This document shows, in pieces, positions 1-9,226 of a stretch of 64,000 nt of DNA. Each line of letters begins with the position of its first letter. The stretch's first letter is position 1. This stretch comes from Candidatus Omnitrophota bacterium (lineage in GTDB: Bacteria > Omnitrophota > Gorgyraeia > Zapsychrales > Zapsychraceae), in assembly GCA_020429915.1 (NCBI GenBank), contig JAGQKV010000019.1:85727-149726 (forward strand), given 5' to 3'. The notes beneath the pieces were generated by a model that had not been told where the DNA came from, searched no databases, and worked only from the letters and a program-made list of their open reading frames with translations. Made by a program: the position numbers and the translations under genes.

Positions 1-351
1 GATGAGATCCCAGACGGTACCGAAAGCATCGACATCGGACCCAAGACCCGTGAAGAATTTAAGAAAGTCCTGAGCACTGCCAAGACCATCGTTTGGAACG
101 GTCCGGTCGGCGTCTTCGAGATCGAACCCTACGCTCAGGGCACCAAGGAAATCGCCGAATACCTCGCGCAACTCGACGATGCCACCACGATCGTCGGCGG
201 CGGGGACTCGGCGGCGGCCGCCAAGAAGTTCGGCGTGGCCGAAAAAATGACACACATTTCAACCGGCGGTGGGGCGTCGCTCGAACTGCTGGAAGGCAAG
301 GAACTGCCCGGGATCGCCGCGTTGACCAACAAAGATGAGGTGAACGCATGA
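1..351 (+). CDS. pgk: Phosphoglycerate kinase, C-terminal fragment (5' end outside the window).
   Basis: Frame-1 translation from nt 1 gives ...[69 protein letters not shown]...[19 protein letters not shown], a typical PGK C-terminus. The stop TGA overlaps the tpiA ATG (ATGA). Confidence 0.85.
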   Translation, partial: DEIPDGTESIDIGPKTREEFKKVLSTAKTIVWNGPVGVFEIEPYAQGTKEIAEYLAQLDDATTIVGGGDSAAAAKKFGVAEKMTHISTGGGASLELLEGKELPGIAALTNKDEVNA

Positions 352-1115
352 GAAAATCAATTATTGCCGGCAACTGGAAACTCAACAAAACATGCAAGGA
401 GGCCGTTGAGCTGGTCACTGAACTCAACCGCGATTTGAGCGAGACCACGGATGTGGACGTGGTGGTCTGCCCGCCGTTTACGGCCCTGCGCGATATCAGC
501 GACGTTTTGGTCGACAGCAAGATCGGCCTGGGCGCGCAAAACCTTTATTGGGAAGACTCCGGGGCCTTTACCGGAGAAATCTCCGCGCCGATGATCAAGG
601 ACGCGGGCGCGCAGTACGTCATCATCGGTCACTCCGAACGGCGTCAGTTTTTCGGGGAAACCGACGAGACCGTGAACAAGAAGATCCGTGCGGCCCTGGC
701 GCATGACCTGACACCGATCGTCTGCGTCGGCGAGATGCTCGAAGACCGCGAGGCAGGCAAGACGGAAGATGTCATCAAGACCCAGTTCAGCGGATCGTTC
801 GCCGGATTGAGCGCGGAAGAGATGGAAAAGCTGGTTATCGCCTACGAACCGGTATGGGCGATCGGGACCGGCAAGACCGCGACCAAGGAACAGGCCCAGG
901 AAGTCCATCAACTGATCCGCCAGTTGCTGACTGCCGCGCACGGCGAAAGCACCGCGGAATCGATCCGGATCCAGTACGGCGGCAGCGTCAAGCCGGACAA
1001 TATCGCCGAGCTGATCGCTCAGCCCGACATCGACGGAGCGCTGGTCGGAGGAGCGAGTCTGAAGGCGGATTCGTTTACGCAAATCGTCAAGAATTCGCTG
1101 GGAGTGGCGAAGTAA
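348..1115 (+). CDS. tpiA: Triosephosphate isomerase.
   Basis: 255 aa. [14 protein letters not shown] and [14 protein letters not shown] signatures. Classic pgk-tpiA-secG order. Confidence 0.95.
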   Translation: MRKSIIAGNWKLNKTCKEAVELVTELNRDLSETTDVDVVVCPPFTALRDISDVLVDSKIGLGAQNLYWEDSGAFTGEISAPMIKDAGAQYVIIGHSERRQFFGETDETVNKKIRAALAHDLTPIVCVGEMLEDREAGKTEDVIKTQFSGSFAGLSAEEMEKLVIAYEPVWAIGTGKTATKEQAQEVHQLIRQLLTAAHGESTAESIRIQYGGSVKPDNIAELIAQPDIDGALVGGASLKADSFTQIVKNSLGVAK

Positions 1116-1136
1116 CCGCATAGAGGAGAGATTGAC

Positions 1137-1499
1137 ATGACAGGGTTTATTATGTTTATTCACGCGATTATCTGCATCTTGCTGACCGCGGTGATTTTGA
1201 TGCAAGCCGGACGCGGCGGGGGTCTGACCGAGGCCTTTGCCGGCGGTGAATCGATGTTCGGCGCGCAAACCAACGAGTTTATGATCAAGGCGACTTCCGT
1301 TTTGACCATCCTGTTCGTACTGACATGCCTGGGACTGGCGATCATGTCATCCCACAGCAGCAAATCGATCATGCCGGAACAGGTTGCGCCGCCGGTCGTC
1401 CCGGAAGCGCCGGCCCTGCCCAATCCGGATGCCGCGGCCACGGATATGATGGATAAGATTCCGGATAAGAAACCGGTCAAGCCGCAGCAACAGCTTTAA
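1137..1499 (+). CDS. secG: Preprotein translocase subunit SecG.
   Basis: 120 aa with two TM helices and an LTAVILMQAGRGGGL-type SecG motif. Position after tpiA is conserved. Confidence 0.8.
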   Translation: MTGFIMFIHAIICILLTAVILMQAGRGGGLTEAFAGGESMFGAQTNEFMIKATSVLTILFVLTCLGLAIMSSHSSKSIMPEQVAPPVVPEAPALPNPDAAATDMMDKIPDKKPVKPQQQL

Positions 1500-1536
1500 G
1501 CCGGGCGGCACGCCCGCGGGCCGGGCACCTTGATTT

Positions 1537-3282
1537 ATGGTAATTCAGGACTATTTCTATCCTAGTTTGGGGAAACGTGCCCTCGCGGCGCTGCTTGTCG
1601 TTCAGCTCATCTTTTGTCCTCCTTGTCTCGCCTTTGAACGCACGGCCAGGCATGGAGGACAAATTGTTTCCACCCTTTTGTCCGATCCCCGGACGTTCAA
1701 TCCGCTGGTCATCAAAGACGCCGGATCTTCCCGCGTCGTTTCCACGCTATTCGAAGGTTTGACGACGACGAATGCCTATGACGGGACTGTCGAGCCGAAT
1801 CTGGCGGAGTCATGGACGGTCAGTAACGACGGCCTGACGTGGACCTTTCATTTGCGCCACGATGTCCGCTGGAACGACGGGGAGCCGATGACCGCCGATG
1901 ACGTGGTCTTCACATTCAATGATCTCGTGTACAACGACGATATACCGGCCTCCGCCCGGGACATCTTTACGATCGAGGGCCAGGAGTTCGAGGTCTCCAA
2001 GATCGACGATTACACCGTACAGTTTGTCCTGCCGGTCAAGTTTGCCCCGTTCCTGCGCGCCTTGGGCCAGGAGATCCTTCCCAAACACCGGCTGAAGAAA
2101 TACGTCGATGACGGGACCTTTAACTTCACCTGGGGGATCGACACGCCCCCGGGAGACATTGTGGGAACCGGTCCGTTCATGATGAGGCGGTATGATCCGG
2201 GTCAACGGATCGTTTTGGTGCGCAATCCTTACTACTGGAAGAAGAGCAGGGAAGGGCATCAACTGCCGTACATCGACAAGTTAATTTATATGATCGTCCA
2301 AAGCGAGGACGTCATGATGCTGAAATTCCTCGAAGGGTCCACGGACTCCCTGGGGGTTTCGGGGCGCGACTATCCGTTGATCAAACCGCTGGAGAAAAAG
2401 AAGAACTTTACGGTCTATGAACTGGGCGCGGACTTCGGCAGTCAGTTCATCTTTTTCAATCAAAACCGGGGGAAGGATTCGGAGACGGGTAAACCGTACG
2501 TGCCGGAGCACAAGCTGCGCTGGTTTACGGACCTGAATTTTCGCCGGGCCGTGGCGCACGCGATTGATAAGGAGCAGATCATCGCAATTGTCAAAAACAA
2601 ACTCGGGTACCCGCAATACTCACCGATCGGGCCCGGGGCCGGATTCTTCCACAATCCGAACGTTCCCAAGCATGAGTACAATCCGGCCAAGGCCCGGCAA
2701 ATCCTGGCTGAGGCCGGTTATGTCGACCGTAACGGCGACGGCTTTATCGAGGACAAGGAAGGGAACCGGGTGGAATTCAACCTTAATACCAACGCGGGCA
2801 ATGATGAGCGGGAGGAGATCGCCGGGATCATCCGGACAGATCTTGAACGGATCGGCATGAAGGTCAACTTTCAGCAACTGGAATTCAACACGCTTGTGCG
2901 ACGGATCAACACCAGCTTTGACTGGGACGCGATCATCCTCGGTCTGACCGGCGGGGTCGAGCCGCACTTCGGCAAGAATGTGTGGGATTCCAGCGGTCAG
3001 CTGCACATGTGGTACCCCAAACAGGAATCGCCGGCCACCAAGTGGGAGGCGCGCATCGATGAAATCTTCAATAAGGCGGTGCAGGAGCTGGACCAGGACA
3101 AGCGCAAGGCTTACTACGATGAGTTTCAGGTTATTGTGGCAGAGAACCTGCCTTTGATTTACACCGTCCTCGGATCTTCGATCTCGGCGGTGCGCAATAA
3201 GTTCGGCAACCTTGATCCCACTAACCTCGGCGGGGTCTTTCACAATCTCGAAGAGCTGTACATTCTCGAGGAATACAAATAG
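1537..3282 (+). CDS. ABC transporter substrate-binding protein, family 5 (oligopeptide/dipeptide/nickel, OppA/DppA-like).
   Basis: 581 aa with a hydrophobic N-terminus. Followed by two permeases and two ATPases in Opp/Dpp order. Confidence 0.8.
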   Translation: MVIQDYFYPSLGKRALAALLVVQLIFCPPCLAFERTARHGGQIVSTLLSDPRTFNPLVIKDAGSSRVVSTLFEGLTTTNAYDGTVEPNLAESWTVSNDGLTWTFHLRHDVRWNDGEPMTADDVVFTFNDLVYNDDIPASARDIFTIEGQEFEVSKIDDYTVQFVLPVKFAPFLRALGQEILPKHRLKKYVDDGTFNFTWGIDTPPGDIVGTGPFMMRRYDPGQRIVLVRNPYYWKKSREGHQLPYIDKLIYMIVQSEDVMMLKFLEGSTDSLGVSGRDYPLIKPLEKKKNFTVYELGADFGSQFIFFNQNRGKDSETGKPYVPEHKLRWFTDLNFRRAVAHAIDKEQIIAIVKNKLGYPQYSPIGPGAGFFHNPNVPKHEYNPAKARQILAEAGYVDRNGDGFIEDKEGNRVEFNLNTNAGNDEREEIAGIIRTDLERIGMKVNFQQLEFNTLVRRINTSFDWDAIILGLTGGVEPHFGKNVWDSSGQLHMWYPKQESPATKWEARIDEIFNKAVQELDQDKRKAYYDEFQVIVAENLPLIYTVLGSSISAVRNKFGNLDPTNLGGVFHNLEELYILEEYK

Positions 3283-3284
3283 CC

Positions 3285-4250
3285 ATGTGGCGATACGTTA
3301 TCAAAAGACTCTTGATCTCTATTCCGATGCTGTTGGGGATATCTCTTCTGACCTTTGTGTTTATGCAGATGACGCCGGGCAATTACCTCGATACCCTCCG
3401 CCTGGACCCGACCGTGTCCGAGGACTTTATCACTGAACTGGAAAAGCTGTACCGCCTTGACCAGGGGATGATGGCCCAGTACTTTACCTGGCTGACCAAT
3501 ATTTTTCGCGGGGAATGGGGGTATTCCTTCCACTATCGTGTGGACGTCTTCGATATCATCAAAGGCCGGTTGTTCAATTCATTTATCTTGTCGTTGGCGA
3601 GTTTCCTGCTGACGTGGGCGGTGGCGATCCCGCTGGGGGTATGGGCGGCGCTGAACCGCAATAACCTGATCGACCGCGGGATCCAGTTCGGTTCCTATGT
3701 CAGTCTATCCATGCCGAGTTTCTTCCTGGCGATGATCCTCCTGTACTGGGCCTCGCAGACCGGATTTTTGCCGCTGGGCGGGATGTACTCGCCGAACCAT
3801 GACGATCTGGGTTTCTTCGGCAAGATCTGGGACGTGCTCAAACATTTGGCGATCCCGGCGGTGGCCTTGTCGATCGGCGGCATCGCGGGGCTGCAGCGTT
3901 TGATGCGCGGGAATATGCTGGAGATCCTCGGTCAAAAATATATCCTGACGGCCCGCTCCAAGGGGCTGCCCGAAAACCGGATCGTGTACCATCACGCCCT
4001 GCGCAACGCCATCAATCCGATGATCACCCTGCTCGGTTATGAGTTTTCCAGTCTCCTGAGCGGGGCGGCGCTGATCGAGATCATCTGCAGCTGGCCGGGG
4101 CTGGGGTCGCTTATGCTCACGGCGGTCCGTTCCAAAGACATTTACCTGGTCATGGCCAGTATGATGATGGGCGGGGCCATGTTCCTGATCGGCAATCTGC
4201 TGGCCGATATCGCCCTGGCCAAGGTCGACCCGAGGATTCGTTATGACTAA
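3285..4250 (+). CDS. ABC transporter permease (OppB/DppB-like).
   Basis: 321 aa polytopic membrane protein with the EAA-like loop of the binding-protein-dependent transport family. Operon position. Confidence 0.88.
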   Translation: MWRYVIKRLLISIPMLLGISLLTFVFMQMTPGNYLDTLRLDPTVSEDFITELEKLYRLDQGMMAQYFTWLTNIFRGEWGYSFHYRVDVFDIIKGRLFNSFILSLASFLLTWAVAIPLGVWAALNRNNLIDRGIQFGSYVSLSMPSFFLAMILLYWASQTGFLPLGGMYSPNHDDLGFFGKIWDVLKHLAIPAVALSIGGIAGLQRLMRGNMLEILGQKYILTARSKGLPENRIVYHHALRNAINPMITLLGYEFSSLLSGAALIEIICSWPGLGSLMLTAVRSKDIYLVMASMMMGGAMFLIGNLLADIALAKVDPRIRYD

Positions 4251-5349
4251 TCCCGCTACGCATTCCCTCAGCGAGTTTCAGATCGCCATGCGGACCTTCC
4301 GTAAAAACCGCCTGGCCATGCTGTGCGTGATGATCCTCGGCGCCTTGTATTTCAGCGCGATCTTTGCCGGATTCTTGTCACCCTATTCTTTTAAATCGGA
4401 ACGGCGCGAGCATTCCTACGCGCCGCCGACCCGGATTCATTTTGTCGATGAAAGCGGAGAATTCGGCTGGCCGTTCGTTTACGGGATCAAGCTGTCCTTT
4501 GACGAGTATTACAAGCGGATTTATCAGGAAGACCGCAGCGTGAAATATCCGGTGCAACTTTTTAATCACGGGGACGAGTACAAATTCCTCGGCCTGGTCC
4601 CGATGAACATTCATCTGTGGGGCGTGGAAGAGGGCGGGGCGGTGTATCTGCTGGGCGCCGACAACCGCGGCCGGGATTTGTTGTCGCGTATCCTGTGGGG
4701 CGGACGGGTCTCGCTGTCGATCGGTTTGATCGGCGTGGCGATTTCGTTTTCGATCGGATTGATTTTCGGCGGGATTTCCGGATATTACGGCGGATGGATC
4801 GACAATGTTTTGATGCGGGTCGCCGAGATGGTGATGATGGTCCCGGGATTCTATCTGCTGCTGGCGCTGCGCGCCGCGGTCCCCCCGGAGTTCAGTTCCG
4901 TTCAGGTGTACATCGCGATCGTGGTGATCCTGTCATTTATAGGCTGGGCGGGTCTGGCGCGGATCATCCGCGGGATGTGCCTGTCGCTGCGTGAGCGCGA
5001 ATTCGTGCTGGCGGCCAAGAGTATCGGCTTGTCGGATTTCTCAATCATCATCCGGCACATCCTGCCGCACACGCTGTCCTATTCGATCTTTGCGGTCATG
5101 CTGTCGATCCCCGGATATATCCTGGGCGAATCGGCGTTGAGTTTGCTCGGCTTGGGAATAGAGGACCCGTATTCCAGCTGGGGCTTGCTGTTGGCCGACG
5201 CGATGAGCATCGTCAAGATACGGTTTTACCCGTGGATCCTGATCCCGGCGTTCTTTATCTTCCTGACGATCATCAGCTTCAACGTCATCGGTGACGCCCT
5301 GCGCGACGCGCTGGACCCGATGATGAAGGCGGAGGGACAGCGGTCATGA
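4243..5349 (+). CDS. ABC transporter permease (OppC/DppC-like).
   Basis: 368 aa membrane protein. Overlaps the upstream permease by 8 nt. C-terminal half is typical OppC. Confidence 0.88.
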   Translation: MTNPATHSLSEFQIAMRTFRKNRLAMLCVMILGALYFSAIFAGFLSPYSFKSERREHSYAPPTRIHFVDESGEFGWPFVYGIKLSFDEYYKRIYQEDRSVKYPVQLFNHGDEYKFLGLVPMNIHLWGVEEGGAVYLLGADNRGRDLLSRILWGGRVSLSIGLIGVAISFSIGLIFGGISGYYGGWIDNVLMRVAEMVMMVPGFYLLLALRAAVPPEFSSVQVYIAIVVILSFIGWAGLARIIRGMCLSLREREFVLAAKSIGLSDFSIIIRHILPHTLSYSIFAVMLSIPGYILGESALSLLGLGIEDPYSSWGLLLADAMSIVKIRFYPWILIPAFFIFLTIISFNVIGDALRDALDPMMKAEGQRS

Positions 5350-6122
5350 GCCTGCTGACGATCAAAGATTTAACGGTGGTCATCGACAACCAGGCGCAGA
5401 CGCCGATCGTCAAGAACGTGTCGCTACGCGTCGAAGCGGGCGAGATCGTCGGTCTGGTCGGCGCCTCGGGCAGCGGCAAGACCACGACCGGTTACTCCGT
5501 GCTCGGTCTGCTCGATCCGGCCCTGGCGGTGCGCGCAGGTGAGATCATTTTCAAGGGAAAGAACCTGCTGCGCTGTCAGGAGGATTACCTGCGCAAGGTG
5601 CGCGGCGGGCAGATCAGCATGATTTTCCAGGAGCCGCTAAACGCCTTCAATCCGGTCTTCAGTATCGGCTACCAGATCGACGAGATGCTTCAGTTTCATT
5701 CCGACATGAACTCCGAGCAGCGACACAAGCGGACGCTGGAACTGCTCGACCTGGTCGGATTGCCGGAACCGCAGCGGGTCGTGAAGAATTATCCGCATCA
5801 GCTCAGCGGCGGCATGCGCCAGCGCGCTATGATCGCCCAGGCCATTGCCGCCAATCCCGCGTTGATCATCGCCGACGAACCGACCAGCAGTTTGGACGTG
5901 ACGCTGCAGGCGCGGATCATCGAGCTGTTCCAAAAGATCCGCAAGGAGCTGGGTCTGTCATTTTTATTGATCACCCATGATCTGGGCATGGTGGGCCATC
6001 TCTGCGACCGGACCGCGGTCATGTGTCAGGGCGAGATCGTGGAGACCGGCGAAACCACCAAGATCATTGACGAACCGCAGCATGAATATACCAAACGCTT
6101 ACTGGGGGCGCTGAAAGTCTGA
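5346..6122 (+). CDS. ABC transporter ATP-binding protein (OppD/DppD-like).
   Basis: Walker A GASGSGKT, signature LSGGMRQR, Walker B IIADEPTS. ATGA overlap with the upstream gene. Confidence 0.92.
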   Translation: MSLLTIKDLTVVIDNQAQTPIVKNVSLRVEAGEIVGLVGASGSGKTTTGYSVLGLLDPALAVRAGEIIFKGKNLLRCQEDYLRKVRGGQISMIFQEPLNAFNPVFSIGYQIDEMLQFHSDMNSEQRHKRTLELLDLVGLPEPQRVVKNYPHQLSGGMRQRAMIAQAIAANPALIIADEPTSSLDVTLQARIIELFQKIRKELGLSFLLITHDLGMVGHLCDRTAVMCQGEIVETGETTKIIDEPQHEYTKRLLGALKV

Positions 6123-6985
6123 TGATCCTCGAACTGAAAAACATCACCAAGACGTATCCGCTTAAGTCCGGCTTCGGTACCAAGACCGGCAAGGTTGTGC
6201 GCGCGGTCAACAATGTCAGCCTGGGCGTGGAGAAGGGGGAGAGCATCAGCCTGGTCGGCGAATCGGGGTGCGGGAAGACGACCCTGGCGCGGGTGATCAT
6301 GCAGCTGATTCGGCCCGACGGCGGTAACGTTCTCTATGACGGGAAAAAGGTTGACCGGACCAATATCGCCACCTACCGTAAGGACGTGCAGATGGTCTTC
6401 CAGGACCCTTATAGCAGTCTGGACCCGCGGTACACGATCCGCCGGGTCATCGATGAAGGCATGGCCCTCGACAAGACGCGCTTCAAGACCCAGCAGGAGC
6501 GCGAGATGCGTATCCAGAAGATGCTCGGGGCGGTCCAGTTGAAACAGGACATGCTCGGCCGGTATCCGCATGAGTTCAGCGGCGGCGAACGCCAGCGCAT
6601 CGCCATCGCCCGCGCGCTGGTTCTCAATCCGACGCTGTTGATCCTGGATGAAGCGGTCTCCTCGCTCGATGTGCTCGTTCAGGAAGAGATCCTCAAGCTG
6701 CTGACGTCATTGCAAAAAGATTTTAACCTCACCTACGTGTTTATTTCCCACAACCTGAAGGTCGTCAAACGGATCAGCCGGCGCGTGGCCGTCATGTACA
6801 AAGGCAAGATTGTCGAACTGGCCAAGACCGAGGACATCTTCAATAATCCGTTGCATTCGTATACGAGGGATTTATTGTCGGCGGCGGTGGACTACAAGTC
6901 GGTGATACGCGATATGGAAATCCGCATACCGGACGGGGCCCAGCTGGAAGACAAGGGGGGCGGGCATTGGGTTATGCCGGAATAG
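6122..6985 (+). CDS. ABC transporter ATP-binding protein (OppF/DppF-like).
   Basis: Walker A GESGCGKT, signature FSGGERQR, Walker B LILDEAVS. Confidence 0.92.
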   Translation: MILELKNITKTYPLKSGFGTKTGKVVRAVNNVSLGVEKGESISLVGESGCGKTTLARVIMQLIRPDGGNVLYDGKKVDRTNIATYRKDVQMVFQDPYSSLDPRYTIRRVIDEGMALDKTRFKTQQEREMRIQKMLGAVQLKQDMLGRYPHEFSGGERQRIAIARALVLNPTLLILDEAVSSLDVLVQEEILKLLTSLQKDFNLTYVFISHNLKVVKRISRRVAVMYKGKIVELAKTEDIFNNPLHSYTRDLLSAAVDYKSVIRDMEIRIPDGAQLEDKGGGHWVMPE

Positions 6986-7083
6986 AGGACGGGATTAATT
7001 TTGGATAAATTCCGAATCTTCGAATTTTCGAGACAATCTCGAATCTTCGAATCAACGAATCAGTTAAACGGCCGTTAAGTCTT

Positions 7084-9219
7084 ATGTTATCACTTAGATT
7101 TTGGAGAAACGTAAATCGTTGGATCGGCTGGATCGCGCTGGCTGTGCTTTTCGGTCTGACGATCCTGGTGACTAACATCGAGATCAAGGATGTGGACCTG
7201 TGGCTGCATTTGGCATCGGGACGGCATATCCTCGAGACGATGGGCATCCCGGCCCAGGACTTTCTCTCCTTTACCGTCAACAACCGGACCTGGAACAATC
7301 ATGAGTGGCTGTTCCAGATCATCACCCAACTGAGTTTTGAAGCGTTCGGCCCCGGCGGGCTGATCAATATCCGGGTGGTGGTGGTCTGTATGGTCCTGAT
7401 GCTGCTGGTGATGATCGGCTACAATGACCGCCGTTTGGGATTGACCGTGTTCCTGCTGGTCCTGGTCCTGCAGACATTCATGCTACGCCTGCAGCTGCGG
7501 CCGGATATGTTCAGCCTGCTGTACTTTATTCTGTTTATGTACACGCTCGCGGTGCAGATCGGCCAGCGCAGCTCATTGATATTTCTCTTTATCATCCAGG
7601 TGATGTGGGTCAACACGCACGGATTCTTTATCTTCGCGCCGGTACTGATCCTGCTGATGATCATCGCGGAATGGGCCAAACGCAACGTTAAGCTTCCCTA
7701 TGACTGGAACGCGGTCGGACGTTATACCGATGAGGAATTCACCCGGCTGTGCTGGGCGCTGTTGGTGGTGACGCTGGCATGCTTTGTGAATCCGCATCCG
7801 ATCCAGGGCGCGATCTATCCGCTGCAGGTCCTCACGTCGCTCGGCGGGGACACATCGATTTTCTTTCAGCACATCAAGGAGTTGGAAAAGCCGATCCGTT
7901 GGGACAATCTGCTGATGTGGCAGCAGAACTGGTCCTACCGGCTGCTGATCGTGCTGTCGACGCTGAGCTTCATCCTGAACCGCCGGCGGCTGGACATCGG
8001 GATGTTCGTGTTGTGGGTGATCTTCCTGATCTTTTCCCTGAATGCCTTGCGCAACATGATCTTCTTCGCGGTGATCGCGTATTTGGTCATCCTGATCAAT
8101 GTCCAGCACATCCGCTGGCGGCGGATCTTTTCGCCGGTCCTGCTGAAGAAGCGCCGGCTCAAGTACATGGGGTCGCTGGTCTTCAAGGGGATCCTGATCA
8201 CGTGGATGATCAACACCGGCTTGGACTTGTCGACGCACGGCTATTTCACATTCGATACGATGGAACGCAAAAGTGAGTTCGGCGGGATCACGCTCAAAAA
8301 TTATCCCTACCGCTCCGCTGATTTTCTGGTCGAAAACAAGATCAAGGGGAACTTCTTTAACGACTTCAACTCCGGCGCGTACCTGCTCGGCCGCGCGCAT
8401 CCGGATATCAAGGTCTACATGGACGGGCGCACCGAGGTGTACGGACCCGACTACTTCAAGACATACCTGAAGATCTGGAGGGGGGACGAGGAGCTCTTCC
8501 ACGAGCACGTCGCCAAATACAATATCACCGGGGCCTTTCTGAATTCCATACAACGCCCGGCCCCGGCGCGGTTCATACGGCACCTGTACCAAGATCCGGA
8601 ATGGGTGCTGGTCTATTTTGATTTCGACGCGGCGATCTTTCTGCGCGACATCCCCGCCAACCGGGAATGGATCGACAAGTTCGCGATCAACCTGGAAGAC
8701 TATGTGACCCCTAAGGTCGACATCGTTCCGATCGCCACCAAGCGCATCATTCCCTACGAGCATATTCAGCGCGCGCAGGCCCTCTTCGACATCGGTTTCC
8801 CGGACAAGGCCCGCGACGAGGCCTTTGAGGCGCTGCGCATTTACCCCAATGAGGCCGAGGCGCTCAAGGTCCTGGGCAAGGTGGCGGTGCTGCAGGGGGA
8901 ATACAGCAAGGCCTTTGCCATCCTGCGTAACGGTCTGCTCGTCAACAGCCGCGACAACGAGCTCCGCTATTATTTTGGCGTGAGCCTGTTTCATCTCGGC
9001 CGGTTCGAGGAGGCGGAACAGCAGATGCAGCGGGTGCTGGCCGCCAATCCGCGCAATACCAAGGCCCTGGTCCTGACCGCGTTGATCTACGCCTCCCAGG
9101 GCAAGACGGACATCGCGCGGCAACTTTGGCCCCGGCAGGACGGGGAGTTGTTCACGGTGGAGGAAACCGTGGCGGAGATCAATCCCAACAAAGAGCTGCT
9201 CGGCACATTGGAGTTGTGA
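7084..9219 (+). CDS. Large polytopic membrane protein with a C-terminal TPR array. Putative GT-C-type glycosyltransferase of an unrecognised family. Paralog 1 of a tandem pair.
   Basis: 711 aa with about 11 predicted TM segments in the first roughly 400 aa. Asp-rich first loop IEIKDVDLWLHL. TPR-like C-terminus (EAEALKVLGKVAVLQGEYSKAF...). Shares many motifs with the downstream ORF (WNNHEWLFQ, NTHGFF, LNRRRLDI, ERKSEFGGI, FNDFNSGAYLLGR, DGRTEVYGP). Confidence 0.8.
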   Translation: MLSLRFWRNVNRWIGWIALAVLFGLTILVTNIEIKDVDLWLHLASGRHILETMGIPAQDFLSFTVNNRTWNNHEWLFQIITQLSFEAFGPGGLINIRVVVVCMVLMLLVMIGYNDRRLGLTVFLLVLVLQTFMLRLQLRPDMFSLLYFILFMYTLAVQIGQRSSLIFLFIIQVMWVNTHGFFIFAPVLILLMIIAEWAKRNVKLPYDWNAVGRYTDEEFTRLCWALLVVTLACFVNPHPIQGAIYPLQVLTSLGGDTSIFFQHIKELEKPIRWDNLLMWQQNWSYRLLIVLSTLSFILNRRRLDIGMFVLWVIFLIFSLNALRNMIFFAVIAYLVILINVQHIRWRRIFSPVLLKKRRLKYMGSLVFKGILITWMINTGLDLSTHGYFTFDTMERKSEFGGITLKNYPYRSADFLVENKIKGNFFNDFNSGAYLLGRAHPDIKVYMDGRTEVYGPDYFKTYLKIWRGDEELFHEHVAKYNITGAFLNSIQRPAPARFIRHLYQDPEWVLVYFDFDAAIFLRDIPANREWIDKFAINLEDYVTPKVDIVPIATKRIIPYEHIQRAQALFDIGFPDKARDEAFEALRIYPNEAEALKVLGKVAVLQGEYSKAFAILRNGLLVNSRDNELRYYFGVSLFHLGRFEEAEQQMQRVLAANPRNTKALVLTALIYASQGKTDIARQLWPRQDGELFTVEETVAEINPNKELLGTLEL

Positions 9220-9226
9220 CAGTATT

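Noticed and set aside
357-1268. Long antisense ORF (303 aa, minus strand) opposite tpiA. Similar long antisense ORFs lie opposite the membrane-TPR genes (7573-9267, 9989-11188), glgC/fabV (11811-12935, 13036-13968), rpoD, dnaG and others.
   Set aside because: High GC content depletes stop codons on the antisense strand. The sense-strand products are unambiguous conserved proteins (TIM, GlgC, FabV, RpoD and so on). The antisense translations are low-complexity and Arg/Pro/Gly-rich with no recognisable motifs.
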